A stretch of DNA of 64,000 bases. It comes from the human T2T-CHM13v2.0 reference genome, Homo sapiens. The first letter of the stretch is position 1. Each line of letters begins with the position of its first letter. The notes beneath the pieces were generated by a model. It saw nothing but the letters and a program-made list of their open reading frames with translations. It made no database searches and had not been told where the DNA came from. Both the position numbers and the translations under genes were made by a program. The DNA lies in NCBI RefSeq assembly GCF_009914755.1, contig NC_060927.1. One strand, written 5' to 3'. Shown here in pieces: positions 40,651 to 55,219 of this stretch.

Positions 40651-42183
40651 GAAATATTGGGGGAAAACAGTTAAATTATTTGATCTATAGAGGCTATAGT
40701 AAGGTTCATTTTGACAATATATTATTATAAGCCCATGTTTAATTGTAAATTTGTGGAAGATAATGCTTTTTTACCCAGTTGTATACGTATAGAAAGACTA
40801 AATCGGTTCAGATTCACATTGACCAACTGTCTGTATGCAATTTGGGTTGTTCTGTTCTGTAAAATGTGCTGGTATATGATTCTTTTTATGTTATCTCTTC
40901 AAGTAGTTTAGAATTGAACTACAATAAGGGGCTTTTATGTCCAGTGAAATAAAATTCTGGACTTTACGTGACCTTCCTTTTCCTTCCCTGCTTTTTCCAC
41001 CAAAATACAATTTTCTGATATTGTAATTGAGGTATACCCTGCTTGGAGAACGTAAGAGACAAATATTTAAACTTAAGGAAGAAAAAGAAGATACAGAAAA
41101 TGATATTTGGCTTTGGTAGGTGGAGGAAAGAAGCAATTTTTCACCTACATTTTAGTAATATCAGTGTTATAAAGTAAATTCCAAACCCATCTTTTTCATC
41201 CCATTAACTTATAAGCTCTGTAAGTACAAAACCATTTGTTTAAAAAGCTTACTAAGTATCTGGAACAATGATATGTCCCTGCTGGTGACCGCAAATTACT
41301 TATTGATTGATGAAGGAAATCTGAGCTGCTATCAGCCCAGCAGCCCCATAGCTGGCACTCAGCAGGACTGGATAATTGTTGTCCTCTCTCAGTTTATTGG
41401 AGCATTGACTGAATTGACTAGCTCAACTGATTGTCTCAACATCATGGAGACACAGCTCTGTTTGTGGTTCATACGACTCAAGCAAGAAAGACTTTGGTTT
41501 GGCCTGCTAAAGAGAATATCCCACAACGTATGCTTGTTGTCAGTGAGTTCCCGGGAAATAGTTGCATGAATAGTGGGGAAAATTCAAAATTTCAGGATTT
41601 TTTGGAAACTGGAAAAGTAGGGGTGAACATATGGGTGTAGCATATGGGAGTGCCCAGGTGTCCAGGAAGAGAAAGAGGGAGCTGGTGGCAGGTAGAATCT
41701 TCAGTGTCACTTAGTGTGCTTATTACATTATCAGAGTGGAACCCATTACAAATTTTGTCTTTTCCCAAGGGTATGGTAGAATAAAATCTACCAACTCTCA
41801 AGTGTAACTTTGCCTAGCCTCCAAGAAAAAAGAGGAAAAGTTAAGAGAAGGGGTGGCAGTAACAAGAGGGATTTCCTCCAGACCCAGGGTAAGAGTTGCC
41901 ATGCACATAATTCACATCACCCTGGCTTGCCTTGGCTGTGCCTTCTATGGAGAGCTCTTTCTCCCCACACACATGCCTTAGGTCTCCGTTCTCTCTCTGA
42001 TAATGTCAAACACAGGAGGAAAAGAAAATACTTGTAAGCCATCTGTAATTTTAACCTATTTCTGCTTTCAAATGGGTTGGAATTGTCAACTTCTCGAGAG
42101 TTAGCTAAGTGTTATACATAAGTTATATGTTTAAGGAGAAATGTCCAAATATATTAATTTTTCTCTTTATTTTCTATTTTTAG

Positions 42184-42249
42184 GGAGCTCCTGGAGTTGA
42201 CAGTAGCATAGAAGGACCCACAGGCTTGAAAGGAGAACGTGGAAGACAA
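42184..42249 (+). CDS. COL6A6: Coding exon 18: 66 nt with a helix interruption (GAPGVDSSIEGPTGLKGERGRQ)
   Basis: tttttag| ... |GTAATT. Confidence 0.92.
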
Positions 42250-42829
42250 GTAATTACGTGGGCTTGTAAAATCGTGATGCAACAACTGTGGGGCTTAAGT
42301 TCTTGTTGGTAGAATATGAAATGCTTAACAAAAAAACTGGAATCAAAGTGGATATACTTGGTACAGAAAAACCATTATTAGGAGCAAAATGATCTTTTCT
42401 CCTGCCTATGTACTACTCTGGGATTTGAGAAACATTCTTGCCTTCCTCCTCTAAATTTGGGGTGACTTGATTCACCAAGACACATCCTCGAGGTCTTCAT
42501 GAATATAAACATTGGAACTCTAACTTAAAATATAGGGCTAGCTGATAGAAAGAACTGTGCTAGCAAAAGAGCTGTTGGCCTTTCCAGTATCTGGAGGTAA
42601 CATACCCTAAAAAGACATATTAGTAGTACATTATAAAAAGAACAAGATCTGGTAGATAGACGTGGTCCACACAATCAAGAAAAGTTCTTGGGCTTAATCT
42701 CATAAGTCACAATGTGGTCATCAAAACCTGTTTTCAGTATTTAAAAATAGTTGTCTAAAAAATGCGTTACTGGATTTTCTTGGATAATGTTCCCTTGATG
42801 ACTGTACCTAGGAAAGAAGTACGATAAAG

Positions 42830-43030
42830 TGGAAAGAACTGTGCTTTGGAGACAGCACTGGGTCCTATCTCATGCTCCGTTGCTTACCAGCTCTGGATCC
42901 TGGGATACTTTCTGTAAACCCCAATTTTCTTATCTGTAAAATAGGGTGAATAGCCTATTTTAGAAGGTCATGATGGGAATTAATGATATTTAATTTAATG
43001 ACATTATAACCTTCAGTAAATATTATCTGC
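42830..43030 (+). mobile_element. MIR SINE
   Basis: gctttggagacag...cttaccagctctg...tatctgtaaaatagg. Confidence 0.55.
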
Positions 43031-43575
43031 CATTATTAGTAAGTGGTAAATGTAAGTCCCATAGAAGACTCATAAATTATTGCATACTTTTGTATCTAAT
43101 GATCATCTCAAGTGATCATCTAGTGATCATACAAGTCTTTTTATTATGAGACTTTATTTACAGTAAGGTAATAATCTGTTTGATTAGCCAAAAGGATCAA
43201 GCAATTCAAAAGTAGAAATCCAAACCAGTAGTAGCCATACCTGACACATAGTATGCTTTAGTTATCCACACTGTGGCAACGTAGTAGGGATAGTTTGAAT
43301 TATCTGAGACATGTACCCCAAATACAACTTAGACAGTAGTGATGAATGATGAACAGATGAAGCCATGTCATTAGCATTTTTTCCTGCAATTCCTCATGAC
43401 TTATATAGAAATGTGACTTATGATCAGTAGAGTTCATGCCATTTTCCAAAGGAAAGGTAACTCTCTCATTGGTGTGTGAACCTATCTATCCTCCCTGGAG
43501 TAAAAGTTGATGTTAAAGAGAAACTCTGTCAATGCTGCATAATTACCGTCACACATCTGTCTGTTCCTTTGACAG

Positions 43576-43629
43576 GGCAGAAGAGGCTGGCCAGGCCCCC
43601 CCGGGACACCAGGCTCCAGAAGAAAGACA
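43576..43629 (+). CDS. COL6A6: Coding exon 19: 54 nt (GRRGWPGPPGTPGSRRKT)
   Basis: tttgacag| ... |GTAAGA. Confidence 0.92.
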
Positions 43630-44004
43630 GTAAGAGCCCTTCTAGACAAGGAGACCCACTGTTTTGGTGGCTCATGTTGTGGTGAAAATGGCTGACTTTG
43701 GGGGAGTGGGTGGGATGGTTCTGCTGGAGCTCACTACCTTGAGGAAACTAACTTATGACATCTCGCAGACCAGGGCTGGCAAAGGACTTGGGAAAGCCCT
43801 GGAAGCTGAGGTAGGAAAGTGCTGACTGCAGAGCAGATCGCCAGTCAGGAGAGAGAGCTGGGCAAAGAAAACCAAAAAAACCTCCAACTAGGGGAAAAGT
43901 GGTCAAAGTGTGGCCTACTAGCTAGGTTGAGATCACCTGTGATAGCGTTTTAAATCCAAATTCTATTCTTTCTTTGCCAAATTGTATGACTATTAAGAAA
44001 AGTA

Positions 44005-44720
44005 AGAATGGTGATTATTAAAGTCAAGAAACAATAGATGCTTGTGAGGATGTGGAGAAATAGGAATACTTTTACACTGTTGGTGGGAATGTAAATTAGT
44101 TCAACCATTGTGGAAGACAGTATGACAATTCCTCAAGGATCTAGAACCAGAAATACCATTTGACCCAGCAATCCCATTACTGGGCATATACCAAAAGGAA
44201 TATAAATCATTCTACTAGAAAAACACATGTACACGTATGTTTATTGCAGCACTATTTACAATAGCAAAGACATGGCACCAACCCAAATGCGCATCAATGA
44301 TAGACTGAATAAAGAAAATGTTGTACATATACACCATGGAATACTATGCAGCCATAAAAAGGCATGAGATCATGTCCTTTGCAGGGATATGGATGAAGCT
44401 GGAGCCATCATCCTCAGGAAACTAACACAGGAATGGAAAACCAAACACCGCATGTTTTCACTCACAAGTGGGAGTTGAACATTGAGAACACATGGACACA
44501 GGGGAACAACACACACCAGGGCCAGTCGGGGGTTGGTGGGGCAAGGGGAGGGAGAACATTAGGACAAATAGCTAATGCATGTGGGGCATAAAACCTAGAT
44601 GAACAGTTGATAGGTGCAGCAAACATGGCACACATACACTTATGTAACAAACCTACATGTTCTGCACTTGTATCCTGGAACTTAAAATAAAAATAAAAAT
44701 TTAAAACAGGAAAAAAAAAG
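44005..44720 (+). mobile_element. L1PA (about PA7-10) ORF2 end plus 3'UTR
   Basis: gaggatgtggagaaatagg...gaaataccatttgacccagcaatccc...cttaaaataaaaataaaa. Confidence 0.9.
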
Positions 44721-47021
44721 GGGGAAAGAAAAGAAGTCAGTCCTGGTATAGGCATATCTGAGAGTGAAATTGGATCACTTGCTTGTTGGGGGTGCAGTTT
44801 TGGTTTGTTTTTTATTTTATTTGTTATTTTTTCATTAAGTACTTTAAAAAATTTGTGTGCAGAAAAGCACAGAGATGATAAAATATTCAATAAGAAGAGA
44901 TAACTTTAATAAAATATACTTAGATGCCTACATCAGTGTCTAAATTAGGCTGTCTCGTTTCATTTTGCTAGGTTTTCTTTCCATTCTTTATGTAGTTATC
45001 CAGCCTTCAATTTCCCCCACCCCCTCCCAAATAGAAAAATGTTTTAAAATTAAGCACAAGTAGAAACTACTTTAGTATATTGCATTTATTACACATTGTC
45101 TTTTCTGAGCAGAAGTTTATAGAGCCAGCTATTACACTCCATCGAAAAATATTTTTTTTATCTTGGAGCATACCCGTGTTCTTTGCAAGGCAGAGAAAAT
45201 GAAAAGAGATCGTTTAAAATATGCAGAATTTGATTGCTGGAAAAGTGCTTTACTAATGCAGTTTCAACGCTTATAAAGAAATGCATTTGCTATTCATTTC
45301 ACTTTCTAAAAGGGTGTAGTCAGCTTATATACCCCTGGAAAATATTTTCAACTTAAAGAATATCATCCAGGAAATCCTGGCATGTAAGGATGTACTTTCA
45401 CTGTTTTATAGCCTCCAGGGGCTAATGCAATATTGCTATGCATTATTTAAACCACACCACTCCCATGAAATATGACCCCCATCTTGGGTTATAGCTTCAG
45501 CCATGTCATTCAGGAGTAAAAGTGGGACTTCAGTTGAAATGGCAGAGTAAAGCTGTTTTCACACTATTCCTCTTACGTGCATCTCACCAAAAGCAACAAA
45601 AGAAATTAAAAATGGCGAAACAGAGAATAACCACAGCTTCAAGCTGCAAGTAATGACAAATGCCGGCCAACTGTTTTTAAATCTCAACCCTAATGAGTAA
45701 GGATTTAGAAAGCTGATACATCAAGTGTGACCTCATGCAGGGATCAGATTTCTTCAAAACTAACTGCCATAGTCCTGAAAAAACTGGTGAGCAAAATCCA
45801 GGGACATGGTAGATTTTGAGTGGAGCAGGGAATATACACATAGGGCCATAGTTCAACAGAGGAGGCAAAATGAGAAACTGGAAAATATTCCACTTTTATT
45901 ATGTACAACTAGCAACCAAGGCCATGGAGGCTGCAAACAATGAGGAGAGAAGTAACAGTGTCTATCACAACACAGGGAAACTATGACTTAAGGGGCTTCA
46001 TATGAGTGCCATGAATCTCTAAACATCAGTAGTAGAAGGAAGATGTAGCTCTAAGGAAAAAGAAATCATTCGTTTGATGAGAAAGTGTTTGAGGCAACAT
46101 ATCTGTGTCAAAGCCACCAGCCCTGTTCCAGGCACACATCCCCATAATTTCTTCAATAAACAAGTGGTCCTATTCAAAGATGGTGAATGGTCAGGAACAT
46201 TAATAATCTTTATTAATTAGATGATTAATCAGGACGTAAAGCTGCAAGAGAAAGAAAACCATGGGCAAAGGGCAGATAAAGCCTCATTAGAAGAGGAATT
46301 ATTCAAGGAAAAATATGAATTCTGGCAAATAGTTCTCCAGGGTCTCAAAGAAGTGAAGATAACATTATTGCTCTTAAAGTTTGAAACACAGACAATAGAA
46401 AGTGAAGAAAGCAAGTTGGCAGGGCTTGAGGAGAAATGGAAGGGAAAACAGTAGAGATGTAAGACATGTTAACACCTGACATTTCTATTCTTTGTTTTTT
46501 CTTCAAGTAAAATTAGATGTAATATTTTAATTTTAAAAAAGTTTAATATGGTTGCTTTTTAATAAAACACTATTTAGAATTTTATCTGTAAGAATGAGTA
46601 TAGAAGATGTCAGGAATCATGATTAACATAATATTTCTAGATGGAGGAGTTGGGTGATTTAAAAATTTTTTTCTGTATTCTCTGTATTCAAATATTTTTT
46701 AAATCAGCATGCATCATTCTCATAACAGTAAAGTCATTCTTTGAGAAAGTAGAAAAATCTAGTGTTCACTGCAGAACTCTAAAATGAATGTTACAATGAG
46801 CATGGAGGACTTGTCAGTGCACTTAGGTTCCACTAAGCGGGTAAGTGATTGGAGGATGGCCAGTGGTAGGAGTGGCATGCGGGGAAATAAACAGCAAATC
46901 TGACCTTTACTCATTTGAACACCTACAGTCCACCAGCAACACTACTAAATACTAGAAATAAACTCAACTACAAGCTTAACTAAGACCATCTTTCCTGTCA
47001 AGGAACTTAGAATCATGTTGT

Positions 47022-47216
47022 AGAGTGTGGTTTCTCAGCCTCAGCATTATTGGCATTTGGGTTAAACAATTCTTTGCTGTGGGGGGCTAGGCCTCCGCCC
47101 ATTAGCTGCCAGTAACACCCCTGACCTGTAACAATGAAAAATGTCTCCAGATATTGCTAAGTGTTTTCTGGGGAAAGGGAGGGTACTAAATCCCCCCTTT
47201 CCTGCTGAGAATCACT
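47022..47216 (-). mobile_element. MER20-like DNA transposon
   Basis: gtggtttctcagcctcagcattattggcatttgg...aaatgtctccagatattgc...tgagaatcact. Confidence 0.6.
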
Positions 47217-48030
47217 TTGTAGAGGGGATGGACCTGTAGAGCTAATAAGCTGTTACCAGTGCTATGCTAGCAGACTATAATGAATTGGGGGAAAAGGCAG
47301 GAAGGATGGACAAGAAGGAAGAATCTGGGTTAGAATGTGGTAGTTCTGTGGGGGAGATGAGGAAGAAAGGGGGAGCGTCTCTGAGCCAAACCTGAGAATT
47401 AGAACAGATTCTTGTGCCAAGGATAATGAGAAGCAACTGTAGCCTCAAATTAATGCATATCCTTCATTCCTAGTTAGTCTAGAGGGCTGTTAGTTATGAC
47501 TTGCCCTTTTCATCCCTCTTGGCACTCATTTACAGGCATTCTGAAGTGGTGTCGGACAATTGTTCATCATTGTAAATGCTTGCCATTAAGACTTAGTATT
47601 AATGTGATGTTTTACCATTCAGAATGTCCTGCTTTTTTCTTGATAATTCTCCATCCTGATGGTTCTATATCTAGGAAATTGGGCCCTGTAAACAACCAGA
47701 AAGCCAGGCTTTGGGGGAATGAAGGACTGAGTACCCTGTTCTTGGCCATCTTCTTCTCAGGTCGCTTTGGGGAGATTTTCTTTCCTGACGTGCCCATTCA
47801 CAGTCTGTTTAAAGATAAGTCAGGTTATCTAGATGTGTTATCAGACATTTGCAAGTCGTTGGGTAAACCATTAAGATATTTTGGAATTTCATCTTTCTCA
47901 TATAAAACACTTGAAAATTTTAGGCAAAATTGCAAAATCATCTTCCATATTTCCTTGTTTTCTGTCTCTCACAGCAACCCAATATATCTCTCCCATGACT
48001 TTCATTTGGAGCTTAAATCCCAAGTAACTG

Positions 48031-48406
<376 letters not shown>

Positions 48407-49511
48407 TTAAAGTCTTTCTCATCCATTAGGCTTATAAACTAACTAGGGTCAGGAGTCAGATTTTGTTCACCACCACCCAGCCCAGTTCCTGGAAGGGAAC
48501 AGGAACTCAATAAATATGTGTTACAATAATTTATTTTCAGCAAGCCCTTTCAAAATCAAACCTTAAAGACAAAAGGGGAAAAAATGTTTGTTGATGATGT
48601 TTGAAACATTGCGACAGCAAGCCAGAGGTAGATTTTTGAAAATGGAGGTCTGTTCCACTTCCGTTAAACATACTGGAAGCTCTTTATTTTGCTTGAATAT
48701 AAAGTTCCATTCAGTTCCTGTTACCACAACCAGATGTATCCACCTAAAGCTGGGGTCTGACCATGTACTTTTCCAGCTCCAAAAACCCTAGTGGCTTCTG
48801 CTAAATGTTGTGGGGACCTTTCAGCCTAGTAACCCTGCTACTTCCCTTTCTTCTCACACTTTTGACACAGATGGCCTTACTGCTGCTACCAAATATGCTT
48901 CCTGTTTTTCTGTTTCTACTTCATAGCTTAGGCTGTACCTCTGCTGGAAAGACTTGATACATCCTCTGCCTGTAGGACTGCTACCCATCCTCTGAAACAC
49001 CCATCTCAAAAATCTCTTCTTCCAGGAAGATTTTCCTGATTTGACCAACTGGATATGATTGCTTTCTTTAAAACTTGTATTTCTATCTTTCCCCTTTTTT
49101 ATGGCATTTGCAATACTTTGCCTTGTAAATATTTGTAATATTTATCTCCTCCTCCCAAACCCAAAGAATGAGGGTCCCCTGAGGTCAGGACTGTGTGTGT
49201 GTGTGTGTGAGATCTTTATGCTGCCATGTTTCCCATCTAGTGTGTTTCGTGGGTAGTATATTTTTCAAATGAAAATATCTATTGCTATTTGTCAAATGGA
49301 AATATCTACTGATATTTTTCTGAATAAAAGAGAAGTGAATTGAATCAGAACAGACAAACCCATGTGCTGAAGGAATGGAAACAGCTTATTTTCCTCCCTC
49401 TGATAGAAGATTTAGGGTTTCATCTCATGATGATTCATCAGTTTTGTAAAAATAAAATAAAGACTTCTAATCATTTCCCCGAAATACAGTCTGTTTCTTT
49501 TATAACAATAG

Positions 49512-49874
49512 TGTATTGGTCCATTTTCACGCTTCTGAGAAAGACAATACCTGAGACTGGGTAATTTATAAAGAAAAAGAGGTTTAATGGACTCACAGTT
49601 CCATGTGGCTGGGGAGGCCCCACAATCATGGTAAAAGGTGAAAGGCATGTCTTACATGGTGGCAGGCAAGACAGAATGAGAGCCAAGTGAAAGGGGAAAC
49701 CCCTTATAAAATTATCAGATCTCATGAGACTTATTCACTTCCATGAGAACAGTATGAGGGAAACCACCCCCATGATTCACTTATCTCCCACTGGGTCCCT
49801 CCCACAACATGTGGGAATTATGGGAGCTACAATTCAAGATGAGATTTGGGTGGGGACACAGCCAAACTATATCA
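49512..49874 (-). mobile_element. THE1 (MaLR) solo LTR with 5-bp TSD AATAG
   Basis: TGTATTGGTCC...GGGACACAGCCAAACTATATCA; AATAG on both sides. Confidence 0.9.
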
Positions 49875-50749
49875 AATAGATTTTGACTGAAATATGATTA
49901 GCAGAATTTAAAGTTTGAAATACTGGCCTCTCAGAGAACATCTCAAATTTCAATCAAGACAATTCCGATTTTATTGAATTTTGCAAATGCTGGGTTTTAC
50001 TTTTACTATAACATTACTGAATGATCCTAGGTTAGACAACAAAATGTCATGGTCTCTTGATTTCCAGGTGTATGAAATATTGATCTAGAATATATCTAGA
50101 CCCTACACTTACATATGACAGTGGCAGGAAAACTCGATTATGTAGTATCATTTTGATTGAATATTAATATACTGGATTGAGTAGCTTTTGAATGTTTGAG
50201 ATAATTCTTTCATTTTTCTCAGGTAAGCATATTATTTGGCTTTTTAAAAATAAAATTAGTTTGGCCATCTTTATGTCTGAACTTAATCTATTATAAAGTA
50301 CATGGAGTCAGTTTTCCCAGTTTTTCCTCTGGCCTCCTGCCTTTTGGCTAGTTTACCCCTGATTCCTGGATTCCTTGGTAGTGCTTAAGGAAAAATAAAA
50401 GAAATAAAATTCAAATAAGTCAATTTGCAGCTTGTGAACAGCTCTAGTAAAAGTTTAACAGAGAACAAATTATTGACCACAGTCTGTTCTCATAAGTATC
50501 TGTAGATTTCAATTGTCTATTATTTCTATTGTCAGTTATTTCAAGGAGACAAATATTCAATTGCCCTAGGATAGAAATTTAGATTTAGCAGTATTTTGCT
50601 TTCATGGTACAGTGGAAAATTGAATGTTGTAAGCACTATGTGGGAATTGTTATGTATGTTGGTGCCTTAAAGTGTCCATTATGAATTTAAATCATATATA
50701 AAAAGCATTTTTTCTGAATTAATGATATCCACCTTTTCTTCTATTTTAG

Positions 50750-50785
50750 GCAGCTCATGGCAGAAGGGGACATACAGGCCCACAG
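50750..50785 (+). CDS. COL6A6: Coding exon 20: 36 nt (AAHGRRGHTGPQ)
   Basis: ctattttag| ... CAG|GTACAA; keeps the Gly-X-Y register. Confidence 0.88.
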
Positions 50786-51329
50786 GTACAATGATTTTTC
50801 CCCTTAACTCCAAATAACAAATACTGCATCCAATCAGGGAGCTGGAATAAAGTCTCTGTAAAGTCTCTAAACTTCCCTTTTTGATGATATTGGTTATGGA
50901 ATAGAAAGCTGAAAAAATTTTAGGTTAAGATTTTAAGAGTTCATATTTTAAAATGATGTGGGAACTTTGGTCAAAAACCATAAAAAATAATGGCCAGAGA
51001 TGTACTTAGCACAATTATTGTTAAATTTAACTTTGCTTGGATTTTAAGTACAAACTTGAATAACTTAGTAGATGACCCTTCTTTTACATTTTCATTTAAC
51101 TTTGGAATCTTACAATTATAAAAAACCCCATATAAGCCAAAAGAATACAATAAAACTCTTGTACAAATTGGATATTCTGAGTATTTTGTTCAAAAAGTTG
51201 GTTAAATCAAAAACCATATCCCATTCTCATTGTGTATGTTGGTGATACATTATATGTGTTTCATGAACCTATAATATTTATGAAAGAGTGGTTGTGACTT
51301 ATAATTTTATAAAACACACATCCTCAGAT

Positions 51330-51600
51330 TAAAAATACAATGAGGATAAATAATCCACTCTCAATGGCAACATGGTGAGACTCCAGAATGTTAAAGATAA
51401 AAAGCATCTTAAAAATTACCACAGAGAAAAGATAGCTTTACTCATGAAAAGAATGAAAAATTAGATTGCAGCAACTTCTGTTCAGCAGTAATACATGCCA
51501 GAAAATAACAGAGTAATAACCTGAAGGTACAGTGGAAAAATAATCGTTAACTTAGAATTTTATACCTAGCTAAACTATGTGTAATGTAAAATAGACACTT
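51330..51600 (+). mobile_element. Old L1 ORF1-region fragment
   Basis: cagagaaaaga...ttagattgcagc...cttagaattttatacctagctaaacta. Confidence 0.5.
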
Positions 51601-51654
51601 GTAGACAAAGAGACCTTACCATCCAGACATTATCCCTCCCTCCCACATACTTTT

Positions 51655-52013
51655 TATTTATCTGTTTCTGCTTCTGTAACAAAATACCTTAAACTGGTAA
51701 TTTATAAACAACAGAATTTTATTTCTTATAGTTCTAGAGGCTGGGAAGTCCAAGATCAAGACATGAGCAGATTCAGTGTCTAGTGAGGGCTTGCTGTTCA
51801 CTCTAGAAATGGTGCCTTCTTGCTGCATCCACACATGGCAGAAGGGGCTGACAGCTACCTTGAACCTCTTTATAAAGGCACTAATCTCATTCAAGAGGAT
51901 GGAGTCCTCATGACCTAATCACCTCCTAAAGGCCCCACCTGTTAATACTATTGCATGGAGGATTAAGTTTCAACATACGTGTTTTGAAGAAATGCATGCA
52001 TTCAGACTACAGC
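51655..52013 (-). mobile_element. MST/MLT1A-type MaLR solo LTR
   Basis: tgtaacaaaatacc...ggctgggaagtccaagatcaag...cattcagactacagca. Confidence 0.75.
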
Positions 52014-52720
52014 ACATTTCAAGTTTAGACTTCAGCAAAAAGGAGAACCTACCTAGTAAAATGGCATGATATAAATGAAATGAAATTGGAGAGAGAAGAT
52101 GTTAAAAAATTTTTTTCTGATTTCTAGGAAAAGGTATCTGTAAGTGACATTTAATCACATCCAACTATATAACAACTGAAATATAAACTTAGGCTCTCCT
52201 AATAGTTGCCTAAATTATAAACTTCTTGAATTCGTTATGCTTTTTATAATTCTTGTCTGTGACAGAATTCAAGAACAATATGAAGAGAATGCTCAACTTT
52301 TGTTCCCTAGATATTTAATTGATTTGAATATAAATATTAATATAATCGTGTAAGATGCTTGAAGATGTTTGAAGAAAATGTGAACTAAATTTTGAGTGTT
52401 TTTAAGGCCACATAGCTAAGTTAGATATAATACAAATTTTATAAGAAAGGGGTGGGGGCTGCATGTGTGCATGCATGCATATATATAAAGATGGAAAGGA
52501 AATACACCAGCATACTAGCTATGGTTATCTCTGATGAGATTATAGATTTTTATTTTCTTTGTATTTGCATTTATTTTTCACCTTTTTTTTTTTTTTTTTT
52601 TTTTTTTTTGCAAAGATCCTGCATTGACATTGTGACTGAAAAAATATTTGTAAGCTTGCAGGTAAAGGAGACAAAATGTTCAGGAAACAGTGTTAACAGA
52701 TTGATTCTTTCTCGCCACAG

Positions 52721-52783
52721 GGAACAGCAGGCATCCCAGGACCAGATGGACTTGAAGGCTCCCTGGGACTTAAGGGCCCTCAG
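52721..52783 (+). CDS. COL6A6: Coding exon 21: Gly-X-Y, 63 nt (GTAGIPGPDGLEGSLGLKGPQ)
   Basis: gccacag| ... CAG|GTACAT. Confidence 0.93.
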
Positions 52784-54467
52784 GTACATATCAAGACCAA
52801 TCAGGGTGTGAGAACATAAAGAAGAATCTGGGAATGGAAAAATCTGAGGACCTGATAGAAACCTTCAAATCTCCCTTGCAGAATTCCATGTTTAAAGTTC
52901 TCATGGTAATAAAGTAAGGAAGCAACACAGTTTGGACTCATGCAGCACTTGGTCTGCTTTAAGTTTTGTCCCAGTCAAGAAGTGAAAAGTGAATGAGCAA
53001 ACTAGGCAGTGGTCCTTGTGTACTGGGTTCAGGGTAAGTAAGATATTCCAGGGAGAGCTTGAGCCAAGGAAAATGTTGAACCTCAGATCTGGGAATTGTG
53101 GTCAATTTAGCACAGTAATAGTTCAGTGTTACATATCTTGGTGCTCATGATGTAGAAAAATTGGCTTTACTCTTAGGAAAGAATTGCTCGAAAGACAGCT
53201 GGAGACATCAGTGGGGTTATCTGCAGTGCAGCACTCAGCCTGCCCTTGCCAGCTGACTTCTCCAGGGAGCTACCTCCGGCACTTTTTCCTTTGCAAGGAA
53301 CAAGCCATACTTGGCTGTTTACACTGATCACATGAGGGGTTGCATGAGGGGTCACATGAGGGGCCAGAGAGGGCAAAATTTAGCTAACATATTATGATAA
53401 AGGAAAGGAAATCCTAGCAAATACTGAGTTGAAAGAAAGGTCAGACCACAAAAAAGTTAGAACTTTTTTTTTTCCTCTCCAAAGTTAGTTTTGAAAGCTT
53501 GAGGAATAAGTGTTCTATTTGGCATAGGCAGGACAATCAACGGCTCTGCTATTTTTCAAACTTTTAATCCACATAGTTAAAAAAAGTAACTATTATATGT
53601 TGGCAGCTTTTTGCCTGGAAGTTGGGCAACATATCCTTAAACATCAGAAGGGAAAGTTTGTCCACATTTTGCCAAGATTCAGAGCAGTGCACAGTCTTCC
53701 CCTTGGACCTTTATCTCTTCCTAGCTTGATTACTTTTCTTTGTTGTTGCTTTCCAGCTGAGGAAAGCTCACTTTTTTTTTTTTTTTTTTTTTTTAACCTT
53801 CAAGCGAGAAATAGTTGCCACTGGGGTTGTGGGGAAGCATTTCAATAGATTGACTGCTTTATTTCATGCTAAGCAAGTAATACTATGGCATCCCTTCTTC
53901 CATTTTATAGAAACTTACTTTTTTTAATGGTGTAATTTAAAAGCAGAGGCAAAAACCAAACACAGCATGAAAGTTTCTCTGCATAACATATGAAAGCCAC
54001 AGCTAATAGGCAGTATAATATTCCAAAAGTAGAAATAGTCAGATTTCATCTTACCACATACCATATCTTGTTTATGACCAGTCTTCAGTGTGGTTATTGA
54101 ATAGAAAACTTATTTAAATGTTCTGGTTTCAGATGTATATTTGTAAGGAATATTTTTCTTTCTAACAAGAGAAATGTAGGGAAATGTAGAAAGCAATATG
54201 GAAAAGCTCAACCATTCAGTATTTTTTTCCAAGCCCCAGTCAGTTTGACTGCAGATCCTCAACTGCCTAAATTTCAGATTGGACATTCATATTCCTGCAC
54301 AAATGAGAATGAGCTCCACAGGCCAGGATGGAAGGAAAGGCATGATTGGAGCTCTCTTTCCCATTTCTGTCCATGTTACTGACTTAGTATTTCTACTTGT
54401 AATATTCAATTTAATATTCAATGTTCTCTTTTAGGCAAAAAATAATGCTTTAATTCTATGTACTTAG

Positions 54468-54530
54468 GGCCCAAGAGGAGAGGCTGGTGTGAAAGGAGAA
54501 AAAGGAGGTGTGGGAAGTAAAGGTCCCCAG
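54468..54530 (+). CDS. COL6A6: Coding exon 22: Gly-X-Y, 63 nt (GPRGEAGVKGEKGGVGSKGPQ)
   Basis: tacttag| ... CAG|GTATGT. Confidence 0.93.
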
Positions 54531-54849
54531 GTATGTAATGAGAAAAATGATTGCATCTGACTTTGATCTTGGCTTGATATGTCTTTGTGGTTTCTTCCAT
54601 ACAGGTGGAGTTATTTACTGCTTGTGAACCAGGAACGTGTATTAGGTTTCACTTCAGCTCAATGTGGTGGCCACATCACATCATGGTCCCCATCTTGCAG
54701 AGCAGGCTATCACTATCAGACACAGAGGTAGAAAATCTAGCCCTCTTTGCCTCAGCTGCTCAGCTATGTAAATCAGGTCGCATCACTCCCCTGATCTCAA
54801 TTCTCTTGGGGTTTCCCATCCCCATCCCACCCCCAGAATACAGCCTACT

Positions 54850-55210
54850 TTAGTAGTCCTCAAACTGGCTAAATATGATAATCTCCTGGGGGAATTCTAA
54901 AACATTCCACCACCTAGAACCTTCCCCAGGACACTTAAATCAGAATCTCTGGCAATGAGGCCAGGGTAGCAGTAATTTAACTTCTCCCTAGGAGATCTTA
55001 ATATAGACCTAGGGTTGGGAATGACTGCTCTGCATTAGCACTCCTCCAGATTCACAGTGCAGAAGAATCCCCTAGAGGGGATTGTTAACTAGAGAACTTG
55101 TTAAAGTGCGGATTCTGAGTCAGCAGGTCAAGGGCAAGGCCTGAGATTCTGCACTTCTAGGGCATTCCCAGATGATGCTGATGCTGCTGATCCAGACCAC
55201 ATTTTTAATA
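54850..55210. mobile_element. MER5-family elements (two adjacent)
   Basis: aatcagaatctctgg; gcctgagattctgcacttcta...gatgctgatgctgctg. Confidence 0.55.
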
Positions 55211-55219
55211 GAACGGCCC

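Noticed and set aside
43698-43720. G-rich tract after exon 19 as a possible G-quadruplex
   Set aside because: Only three runs of three or more G plus a GG; weak.
45520-46460. Purine-rich stretch with a 77-aa charged ORF (46221-46454)
   Set aside because: Most likely a decayed ancient L1 5'/ORF1 region; too degenerate to call.
53329-53365. 12-bp unit CATGAGGGG x3
   Set aside because: Small minisatellite with only three G tracts and no further evidence.
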